Shown in pieces: positions 11,917-23,300 of a DNA stretch of 64,000 bases (its first letter is position 1; every line of letters begins with the position of its first letter). The stretch comes from Diadema antillarum (lineage: Eukaryota): assembly GCF_040938485.1 (NCBI RefSeq), contig NW_027271682.1, positions 930,001-994,000 of the forward strand. The letters are read 5' to 3'. Both the position numbers and the translations under genes were made by a program. Below the pieces are notes generated by a model, which was not told the DNA's origin, did no database searches, and was given only the letters and a program-made list of their open reading frames with translations.

Positions 11917-12474
11917 AGGACAAGTTCACCTTCATAAACATAAGGATTGAGAGAATGCAACAATATTAGTAGAACACATCAGTGAAAGTTTGAGGAAAAT
12001 TGGACAATCGATGCAAAAGTTATGAATTTTTAAAATTTTTGTGTTGGAACCGCTGGATGAGGAGACTACTACAGCTTGTGAGTCATATGCGTACAACAGT
12101 ATAAAGAAAATGTAAAAGAAAATTCAACATATTTTCACTTTTTTCGCATAATAAAAGAGCTCTTGACTTGCCTCTTTCTAAAGGCAGGGGGAATAATATT
12201 GCCCATAACATTTGTCGGTAACGAGTCAGGGGAATGTGTACTTTTTTCAAAAGATGGAATTTTGTGAAATTCTCTTTATATTGTCCTTATATTGTTGTAC
12301 GCAAGTTATTCATACACTGCAGTAGTCTTCTCATCCAGCGGTTGCTGCACAAAAATTTTACAAATTCATAACTTTTGAACGGATTGTCTGATTTTCCTCA
12401 AACTTTCAATGATGTGTTCTACTAATATTGCTACATTCTCTCAATCCTTATGTTTATAAAGGTGAACTTGTCCT
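11917..12474. mobile_element. Kolobok-type MITE with long TIRs, TTAA target
   Basis: ttaa|aggacaagttcacct...aggtgaacttgtcct|ttaa. The inverted arms are ~110 bp, and the AG/CT termini with TTAA flanks are typical of Kolobok. Confidence 0.85.
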
Positions 12475-12854
12475 TTAAGGTATAAATAACCCTTGTGGAC
12501 AATGATGGACTTGCCGATTTCAACGTGGCAGCTTCCAACAGAGGATAAACTCGGAGAGTTTGTGTAGCCGGTGGAGACTGTTGAGAGGATTATAATAGAA
12601 ATGATACCTACACTTGTACTACATAATTGGCAGTAGCCCCTCTCCCTCCACCCTCTCATCCTATAGGCCTATGTAATGATTAAGTGCATCAACAAAAATG
12701 TAGGCCTTATTCCCTCATCTCACCTCCTCCTATTCAACCCTACCAATCCCCCCTCCCATGTAGTTCATCGCAATATCAATCTTATTTTCAAATCAAATAA
12801 AAGAACGTCTGTTCCGTTTTTCATTTACCCGGTGTGTTCCTCATACCTGCTCGT

Positions 12855-14110
12855 CGAATTGAATTGAATTGAATTTATTTCATTTCATTTACATTTACAT
12901 TGCATATATTGCATTGATGTTTACATATTGACACATAATACTACAGTAATACAGAGACTCCAACCCCAAACACCTTCTGATCTGGAGATTCTCCCGCCTG
13001 AAACCCCTAGCAAACGGGAGACCCAAGTTTATGTGTGCGAAGGGCGAAGTTCCTGGGGTTATAGATGCTCTCTGGTGCTATCTAAGGCGTATTTTTGCAA
13101 CATACGATAACAATAAGTAAGAAATCCTTTCCAACGGGAGACATTGAGCCAGGGCGGGAGAAATTAAATCTCAAACGGGAGAACGGGAGATTTTGCAAAA
13201 ATGGGTTTTCGGTGGGAGATCTCCCGTCGAAAACGGGAGAGTTGGAGTCTCTGGTAATATATCAGCATGAATTAACAGAATATAGGGTACTTATACAAAC
13301 GGAAATTGAAAAAGCATAGCTTGTAAAATTTGTAGGTCACCATGACGAGTAATGCTCATAATCATGTACAGAGTAAATGAGAATATAACATATATACAGA
13401 CTCCTGAAACATATTTACATAACTTGTACATATTACATCTTAAAGGTATGGTAAACATGAATGAGAAAGAGAGGGAGAGAACGAGAGAAATATGAGGTAA
13501 TAAAGTGAGAACCAAAGGGGGGGGGGAGGGGGCCGGAGAAAAAGAAAGAAAGAAAGAGAACAAATAAACAGTGGAATTAAAATGAATAGGAATTCCACAT
13601 GAATAATATAACATGTAAACATTTATGTAAGATTACTTTATAGGGTAAAAATGTCCAGATATCTGGTATAGGATTATAAAAACTAGTTACATCGTAACAT
13701 TATTTACTCAGAAGACTTAGTTTCAATTTGTATTTGAATGTTTTGAGGCTTGTGGTTTGTTGAAGAGAATAATATAGGCTATTGAAGAATTCAAATATTT
13801 TGGTCCAGCGAAAGCAAGTGTATTGTGTTTAAAGTTCGTTCTAATGGATGGCAGGTGGTAAGAAGAAGACTGCCGAGTGTAGTAATTGTGCACTTGTTCA
13901 TTCATAACAAAAAGTGACGAAATAACCTGTGGAAATTCAGAATCCTTCGAGCTGTACATAATGGATCCTAGATTCATAAGATATATTTCCTGTACTTTTA
14001 GAAATCTATTTTCATAGAAGAGTTCATTAGTGTGAGAACGTGATACGTTGCACCAGAAATAATTCTCACTCCCCGTTTTTGGAGTAATAATAATTATTGA
14101 CACAGAATTC
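12855..14110 (-). mobile_element. 5'-truncated CR1/L2-group LINE 3' fragment
   Basis: The 13723-14154 frame (HTNELFYENRFLKVQEIY...HNYYTRQSSSYHLP...AGPKYLNS) is homologous to the ORF2 C-terminus at 1428-1800. An AATAAA + (TTCAA)n tail lies at ~12855-12885. Confidence 0.8.
12952..13253. mobile_element. MITE nested in LINE 3' UTR
   Basis: TIRs cagagactccaac / gttggagtctctg, flanked on both sides by gtaata, with multiple subterminal cgggaga/ctcccg motifs. Confidence 0.8.
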
Positions 14111-14323
14111 AAGCCAACATCGCTCACTAGAGCAGGATGAAGTGTTTGCAGCATCCTGTTTGGATTACAACACGTGGATGGCAGCAGCTGCTTTCAAGCT
14201 TCCCGCCTCCTCTTACAAAGCTTTCGATGCATGTGTTCCTGATTTGTGCTCTACACTCTGTCTCGATCTCAGCGGCTAACTGGCTATGGGCGCAACAAAA
14301 GGTGAAAGGTCAGCTTGCAAAAG

Positions 14324-17300
14324 ATGGCTCCGATTCGAACGAAATTTGCCGAAGGTTAGTGTAACTTGTTTTCTTCTTTGTGTGCCATATTCTAATTAAC
14401 TCATGTTTTGGTAGGAATTTTGTGTTTCAGCATTTCGTCTATATCGTCACAATATATTTTTAGAACGAGAAAGATGTCTCTGACAATGTTTTGTGAGCCT
14501 GATTTTCGTCCTATGCCCTTTTTCGCTTGTGCCCAGGTTTATTGTGGTCCCACATGGTTAAATCGATGTTGTAGATTTGTTTCCCAAGACTAGTGGTGTC
14601 AGTCGCGTCGCATGCGGTATCTACGACCCAGTCGCAGAACGTTCGGCAGTCTTCTTGTATCTTGTCATAATACAGGGCTCGACACTAACGGTGGCCCGGT
14701 GGCCCGGGGCCACAAAAACGCACGTCGGGCCACCAAAAAAGGTCGGATGTTTGCCTTTGCCATTGCTTCGCTGGGCCACCAAAAATAGAACTTTTAAAAG
14801 TTAGTGTGGAGCCCTGCATAAATATAATAATGGCACCGCGTGCCTGATTGGTACCGTTGTTGTTGTTGTTGTTGTAGATCTTCTTCGACATCGACGATAC
14901 TGTCACTGTCTAACACTCCAATGATGAAGCGCAGGGGCCAATTTACTTTAAAACTCGAGCGCGAGCGTGAACTCAACTCACTGTCAACATTTTGCTGGGT
15001 CTAGAATTACTTTGCATGGAGCTGTTACTTGGTAGTGAATAAGTACTAATACATCACATGCCTGTACCCAGTAGTTCTTGCTGCTCATGTCAGCATGTAC
15101 GACTAGGAGTGGAGGTCTAGGATTAGTAATAGTAGGCCTACTATAGTAGGAGACAGACCCCCTGTCCGGTTGGCCCCCTGGCCTCCCCCTTCTTTATAGT
15201 GTTGTTGGACAGTAACACAGAAGAAGAAGAAACAAATCACAATAAAAGGGAAAAACACCAGATAAGAGCAGGGTATCCTTAAAATCTGGAACATAGTCAT
15301 AGATCTACAGTGTCTTGAGTATGTTACAGAAGAGTTGGAACTTTTTCTTTGTGTTTTTGCTTGCATTTTATTTCATGGTCATTATGTGTGTGGTTGATTC
15401 ATTCTTGAGTCGAGTGCAATTTTTTGTTTCTCTCTCTCTCTTTCTCTCTCTCCTTTTGCACAGGTGAACGAGTTCTCTGTTTCCATGGCCCTCTGCTCTA
15501 CGAAGCAAAGGTCTGTGTCACATCTAACTTTTAAGCCTTTTTTTGTAGGCATTGCAGTCAATTCTTTTTTACATAGTTTTTTGTTCTTTTTTTTTTTTGC
15601 TTTTATATTTTTATACAGTATATAAAAGACAAATCAAGGTGAGGGATACAATCAATTGAACTCTGTTAAATATCAGTGAGAATGCTTAATTTCATTCATA
15701 GTATTATTGTAGCCAAACATGACAAAATACACATTTGCCTTACATGTAGTACTGATGCATAAACAAACTATAGACTACAACTGTATTATTTCTAGAAGTG
15801 TAACTCTGCATGACATCCATAGATGCTGGACTTAATGTATCTAGTATGGAAGAGAATAGATGGCGTCCACTTCAACTGTATGTTATAAAATTGTGACGTG
15901 AATGTTTGTCCCTGCAATGTTCTCAACTGTTTCCCATCATTGTCTCCCTTGTGTAGTGTGTAAAGTCAGAGGTGAAGGACAAGACAATCCGCTACTTCAT
16001 ACACTACAATGGCTGGAATAAAAAGTAAGTACAGTATGATTACACTGTTGGGACTTTTCCATCAACCACACACAGAGACTTCATAAGGGTTGAACAGAGA
16101 AGTTACAGTATGATCTACACTTGCAGTTTCAGAAATGACCTCACAGTCTTTCTTATACTCTTGGATTTATGGCACCAGATATTTCTAGTGTATTTTTCTA
16201 GAGAAAAACAAAAGTATGCTAACCAAGTTTACCACCATTCAGATGAACAAATATTTATTATGTGTAACTCATGAATAGAACAAATTTACTTTCACCACAC
16301 AACTTATGTACACAATATTGAGCAAAAAGTCAAAACAGATACTTATTGAGCAGAAGCAACGATAACACATATACTGTAGGAGTCATTTATGGTATACCAC
16401 ATAAATGTTGAGAAGTTGCATAATTTAAAAGGGAAAATTTTAAGTTAAAAAGAATAAGAATTCAAACACCTGACTGTGTCTGTTTCTGTTATGTGCTTTG
16501 ATAATGTGTTACAAGCTGAAACAGTATTTTAGAAGCATCTCATTACACAACTAGAAAAGCACTAAAAAACTGCAGACCTCTTGTGGAGCTCATTCCCCTC
16601 ATTTTAATGGTGAAAATGGCCCTATTTCCTAATGGCAAAGAATCCTTTCTAGTGAGTCTACCTTAGCTTCGTGCTGCACCAAGAGCACATGCGAAGTGTG
16701 TGAATGTGCACCTCAAATATGTGCAGCTTGTATTACCTTGGTAGCCCTTTCTGCCAATGATAAAGGATCCTTCAAAATATTAAAAGAGAAAATCCTGGGT
16801 CCAGATGGTGATCCAAATCATCGGTTCCTTGTGTCCGTATGAACTTTCCCTGTAAATTTCATTCAAATCTGTTTTAAACTTTTTGAGTTATTTTATAACA
16901 AACAGACAAACCAATGACAGCAAGAACATAACCTCCTTGGTTGAGGCAACAACGTAGATAGTAAGTATGATAAAGTAATATTTATTTGAGGGAGGAATTG
17001 GCTGTCAAACTCAATATCACCTTTCACTTTTGTTCAATGTACTCTTCAGCTGGGATGAGTGGGTACCAGAGAGCAGGGCTCTAAAGTTCAACGAAGCCAA
17101 TCTACAAAAACAGAAGGAGCTGTTTGCTGCACAGAAAGTGTAAGTAACAGGAAAAGTCTTATGAAATTAAAAACTATAATGCACCACACCTCTCACTAGA
17201 CAGTGCAGGTCTTTTAACACCCATATGTGATATATCTTTCTTTTTAGATTTGAAAGAGAAGTGTAATCATTTTATTTTTCAACTACCATGGTAAAAGATT

Positions 17301-20300
17301 GATGTGCCCTATACAGTCAATTTTAGAAGTCCACAAAATCTGTACGTAAGATGTGTTCAGGGAATGATTCTCCTGGTATCGCATCGCAATTTGCTATGCA
17401 TTTTTACACCACTGCTACACAAACTAACTTTTGTATCCAGTTTTCTTCCATAGAAGTGTACAGGATACCATGTGAAATATTGTTCATCAGCTGAAATTGC
17501 TAATCAAATTTGAGTTCGAAAATTATTCTCTGGTGTTGATTAATGTAGGTGTTCAGCTTATTACAACAACACTCCACCCCATTGGTAAAATGTCCTTTGT
17601 TATTTGTTCACACTGTGAATCACTGTGAAGAGATTATAATTACTGTGTCAAAGACACTGCAAAGATAAGTTGTAAGAATGTGACCCGCTACAACAGAAGA
17701 ATCCGAAAGTCAGGGGAGGACAATGTTTTGAAAATGGCATGATATTATTATCGTACTCTTCTACTTTAATTTCATATAGAGCACAACTCATAAAAGTACT
17801 CGGTTGCGGAGATATCGATGATTTTATCAGCGCATGTCAAGTGTTTGAGGAAATCAGAGTTTCGAGAAAAACGCCTTCAAAGTTGTCCTTCCGACGCTAT
17901 CATGGTCATGGGGAGGCGAGACAGTTTTCACCGCTTGACAATAGAAGGCACAGTCCTAGCGACCTCCGCCGTGTTCAGTCAAGCTTAGCGCCAGGACCAA
18001 TCGGTAATCAGGATGTCACGCACTGACCAATAAGATCACTCCCTCGTTGCTAGGGGCGGAGTATAGCTGCGGCGCTAAGTCAAACTCTTCGGACACGTTT
18101 CTCTTACATTGAAAGTCGGAAAATCATGGCCCAGAAAAATGCTAATTTCTTGCCTTTCCTTTGATCATTTAGCTTCAAAATTTCGGCAGATGATGGACAA
18201 AACATTAGACTACAAAATTATGCCAAAAACAGAAATCCGATTGTTTTGACCAATTTTGATGATGTGACTTCAAACTCGATTTTCTCGGCTCGGCCAACAG
18301 CGACTTTAGGATCCTTTTGTTGTAGCAGGTCACAAATGCATGTCTACTACACACAAAGATTGACATTCTTGATGTATCTAGTGGGTTTAATGCGTATCAG
18401 GGCAATTACCCCCCCCCCCCCCCCCCCCCCCCCGGCTGAATACTAGTTTAGGTTCATGATTAGGTGTAGGATTAGGGCCAGGGGAAGGGCCTGCGGTAAT
18501 TGCCCAGGGGGTAATTGCCCAGGGGGTAATTGCCCTAGACCCTAGGATATGCCTAAGGCCATCATTTTTGGCTGCTGCTCTCAGTTCTTTTAGTGTTTGT
18601 TGTTGTTGTTTTTAATCGATGTGAACAGGAAACAGAAGAAGGCCCGCAACCAGAAGAAGCCAGACAAAGAGTCCAAGACTCCAGCAGCAGCAGAAAAGGC
18701 TTCCAAGAGAACCAAAGCTACAGAATCAGGTGAGCTATCTGGGTTTGAATACTAGTGGTTAAAACACAGAATAGAAGGAAAACAGAATACTTTGGTTGAA
18801 GTTGCTACCATCAGACTGACAAAAGGAAATTTGACAATAGAGTTGGATTTGGGGGTGATGTATACATATATGCACCCCCTCCCCATCTTTCTGAAGAAGC
18901 CATTTGACTCTTGCTATATCCTCCCCCCACCCCCCCCCCCCCCCCCATTTCAAAAAAAAAAAAAAAAAAAGTACCAGATATCAATACAATAAACTCTTGA
19001 AAGATCAGTGGAGTCTCCACAGTTGGCATTTGTTGATATGTTGGAAAGACTTTATTTTGTTTTTTTTTTAATGTATGTATTTATTTGTTTATCTACGGAG
19101 TTAGTTTTTAGTTAGTTATTCATTTATTCATTCATTTATGCATTTATTTATCTATTTATATGTTATTCATTCATTCATTAATTCATTCATTTATTCAGTA
19201 TTCTTTTCCCAGGGTAGCCCCATCAGTGGTACATACAGCTGTATACTGTTATTCTTTGGAGTACTGCAACAAAATAACAATTAATTCAAGATACACAGAG
19301 GAACAAATCAAGGACATTTAGTTAGTACATAATAATGCACAAACCAAGGTGATGCTGTGTGTAAATAGTGTAAGAAAGTCTTTGTTAAGAGTGATAGAAA
19401 AATATATTACAGTATTACTAAAAAGAGGGTGATACCTGGAACAATATATTGATATTGAGTTGACCCATTTCTGCTCTAAGAATAGTATGTATGCTCTTCA
19501 TATGAATGTTTGAAAGGAAGTGGCATTTTGGACATCTCGGTGGGGAGCAGATTCCAAGGACATGTAGCATAGTGTGAGAATGATTTTTTTTTTTTCATGC
19601 TTCAGTTCTAGCTTTTGGAACTATAAGATCATTGTTCTCTTTGAAGAGATAATCACAATAAATCACTACCAAGAACAACCAATCCTCATTTTTTCCACAG
19701 CATCCACCCCTTCCTCAGCCGCTGCCTCCCCTCAACCAGTCCCTGAGGAGCCTCCCCCAGCACCTGTCACCCCAGCCCCTGCCCCAGCAGCTGATACTCA
19801 GAGGAAGAAGAGGTCTAGGCCTGATGCCACAGTAGAGAGCGTGAGTGGAATTGTTTCAGGTCTTGTGTTCACCAATGTCAATCCTTTAGTCCTTACAGTG
19901 TACCTTGCAAGTCATTTCATTGCCTTTCAGTGTAGAATACCCTCATTCAAATATACAGTATATTAGTGTGGCAGTTCTACACATAAGCCTGCATGATGTA
20001 AATAATGACTACAGTGTAATCCCTATTTGGAGGGACAGTTTTATTACACCTATACTAATCAACAAACTGATCACAATGTCAGAGAGAAAGTATTCAGGGT
20101 TAAAGGAAAAGTCATCATGATGTGTCAACATGTGGTTTGCATATAAGCAAGAAACACTGCTTGTGAAAAAGATGCATTATGCGTTGTCTCGCTGTGATAT
20201 TCTAAGTAAGTTTTGTCGTTTTTTTACATAGTGAAATTCATTTTGCTCTTCTATGTTTGCTTCATACATTATCTTTCTTCAGTCTGGTTATACCTTCTTA

Positions 20301-23300
20301 CGGTGATAGCAGCAGCATGACAAACCATTAAACAGACAAACGATGGAGCGACCAAAAGTAAATGACTCCCATAGCATGTGTATATTAAAGCATAGCCATA
20401 TTGCTACATTCTCAAGGTTGTACATTTGGCACCATGCCAGCTCTTCAGATTGGCTTCTGGTCCATTTACCCCACTGATGATGCTATTAACCCAAAGCTCT
20501 CTTTCTGGTCTTCTAAATCAGGAGGAATCATTCTTGAACAAAGTAGAAGTGAAAGTGAAAATTCCCGAGGAGCTGAAACCGATACTGGTTGATGACTGGG
20601 ATGCCATTACTCGACAGAAAATGGTGAGTTGCAAAGTTTATGATATAAGTTTACCAATCATCAACACATAAAAAGAGTGTAGGCATATCATTGAAGCAGC
20701 AATCCCCTTTTTAACAGTGTTTCAGTCACTCTAACCATTTGCACAAGGCAGACAGGTTGCAAAGAGTTGCCTTCTTGCCTCCCTTGTTTTTCAGATGATT
20801 CACTATGAATATAGATGAAAAGAGAAAGAAATATTCATTAGTGTTATGAAAAAAGGATATAAAAGTCTCTCCTATTTGGGAGTCATGCTATTTTCTCCTG
20901 TTGATATGTTTCGTAGCAAGCTGACTAAACCTTATTTTGGGGAGTGAAAGCTGACAGCACTTGCCATAATCATAAATGACCCTGTCATAGTGTGGTGATG
21001 GCATGCAGGAAAAAAAAAAGTTACTTTCTGCATAATAACTTTCGCTTTGGATTCGTGATTAGAGGTAAATTATTCTAATTATAAGAGGTTATTATTGGAC
21101 CAGTCTGCATATTGATTAGCATTAGCAAAGCATTTATAATTTATGTCGATGACATCTTTATCATCTGCTTGTTTGGGTCTCATTTTCCATCTTGTGTATA
21201 TTCTTTTGACTTTGATCTGTGATACACATTGCTTTATGCTGAGAGCCAAAAGGACTCTAATCCTGTGCAGTTTTTGTGATCATTACAATCTTTTTTTGCT
21301 TCACACTAATTACTGAGTGGTTGCATAGTGATACAGTCAGTAAGTAATTTTTCAGTACCGGGGTGGGGGGGGGGGGGGGGGGGGGGGGGTGGGGGGGGGA
21401 TGGATTCCGCCGGGCCCCGCGAGATCTCAGCCATCGGTGGTGCGATCGCGATGAAATTTCGCATGCGTGAGACCCAGGTCATAATCTACAAGATTGTGTC
21501 ATAAGATTTTTTTAAACTATCAATTTCTAATTTTAATTAATTAATTATGCAAATTAAGCTCAAGGTCATATTTTAGCCTAATTAAAAGCATTGAGAGGCT
21601 AGTTTTTGATCTGTAAATCTGTGTACATCACAAAAACTTCCAAAACTCATTTCAATTCTTATGTATTTTATTGTTTTCAGAATTTCTTTTATATTTCTTT
21701 GTTTTTCAACTTTTGTTTTTATTTCTTTTTTTTCATTGGAAATTGTCACTGACCACTTTTCTACCATAATTAGCACAAAATTAATCAATGAAAGTGATTA
21801 ATTGTAAAAATATCAGGTTTTTATGACTTTCATGACAGAGCACTGTTTTCCATAGGAAATGTATACAAAATCACAAAATTGTGCCCGTTTTGGGGCAACA
21901 TTCCGTTACAAAAGTGAGCATGGCTTTGCAAAAGTATGTGCGGACGTTGCAAATTTGGTCTCAAAGTTGCGCGAGACTTGAACAAACAAAGTCAAGAAGC
22001 CTCACGACGAGGCCTTCTCGCATTACAGAATTTTAGCGCGAAACGTCGAGGGGGGGCGGATTCCGCCACCCCCCCCCCCCAGCCCTTTTAGGGTTAAGAT
22101 TCTCATGACTTTCTTGCTTTTGTCTATAGGTTTTAAAAGCCATAAGTTATACTGTTATATATCTCTGGTTCATTTATGCTGATTATTGCTTGTACAGTTG
22201 GTCCACCTGCCAGCCAGGACCACAGTAGACCAGATCTTGGAGGACTATGTGAAGCAAAAGAAGAACAAGAAGGACATGACTCCTGCCAAGTAAGCATTAA
22301 CATTCTAATGACTCAGTCACAAATACCATTAAGAACTGCTACGAACGCAGTAGGAATGATTTTTAGACAACTTCCTAAGATCTTAAGAAGGCCGTACAAA
22401 ACCAGCGTTTGTAGACCGTTCATAAGTTCATAGCGTGGTCGATGGTCTTGTCCAAGATTTTTTGTAAAACTTCGTATGAAACCCTCTCTTCGTGAGGCGG
22501 CCGTACGAACTCCAGAATTCATACAAACAATGACAATTGTTTGAACGCATCGTTTGTACGAACCTTTGTGACCATAGCTTTAAACATTTCAACCTATAGA
22601 TATGAGAATGCTGTGGTCACACCCTTACTTTGTTATTACACGTTTTTACTCAAATTTCCATTTTGTATGACGGCTTAGCCAATGAATTTAATGATTACAA
22701 GTGGAACATTGAGTTGTACTTGAGCAATACTGTGGAATACTTTTTGAGTGCAGATCATGGAATACTTCTTGAATGCAGATCATGGAATACTTCTCAAATA
22801 CAGATCATTGAATACTTCTCGAATGCAAATCATGGAATATATCTCAAGTGCAGATTTTGAGTTGTATGATCCCTTCCTTGGTAAACTACTAGTGTTATAA
22901 GGGATTTAGATTGTGATGCTTATGTCAAGGAGAAGCATAGTATGGTCTCAGCAATTGGAAAATTCCTCTGTTGTGTCTCATCTGTGCAAACCAGAATTAT
23001 GCTCAGTATCTAAGCAGGTGAAACAATCTCATGGTCATTATTGAAACAACCTTGCCTGATAAAGCACCGGAGAGGAAACTGAGGGACTATGAATGTAACA
23101 TGTAAGACTCCTTCAGCATAACATTTTAGTACAGTAAAAGTGGGAACTTTTGCACCATTGATATTTCATGTTTGGCCAACATCAATTACGGGTAACTTCA
23201 ATTCAGTTTTGCTGATGAGACTGCAAAGTTTTAAGCTTTAAGGAAATAATATGTGTGTTCTTGTATTTGTTGTACTGTAAAAGTGGATATTTTCACGCGA

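Larger units (their letters stand above)
10623..12620 (+). pseudogene. Decayed acidic coding-like sequence interrupted by two MITEs
   Basis: Removing the 10701-10990 MITE and one agaat repeat joins PAVKKFLKDGGNEVIDFAYQN to DIPSKDMSDENISNIDGIRDP. Downstream D/E-rich frames (10994-11569, 11585-11836) have in-frame stops and a frameshift, and are cut by the Kolobok MITE at 11913. No family was recognised. Confidence 0.35.

Noticed and set aside
22600-22680. Possible extra MRG15 exon (ag|atatgagaatgctgtg)
   Set aside because: Exon 22198-22289 joins 23700 in phase and gives a contiguous MRG domain, while this frame hits a stop without a good donor.
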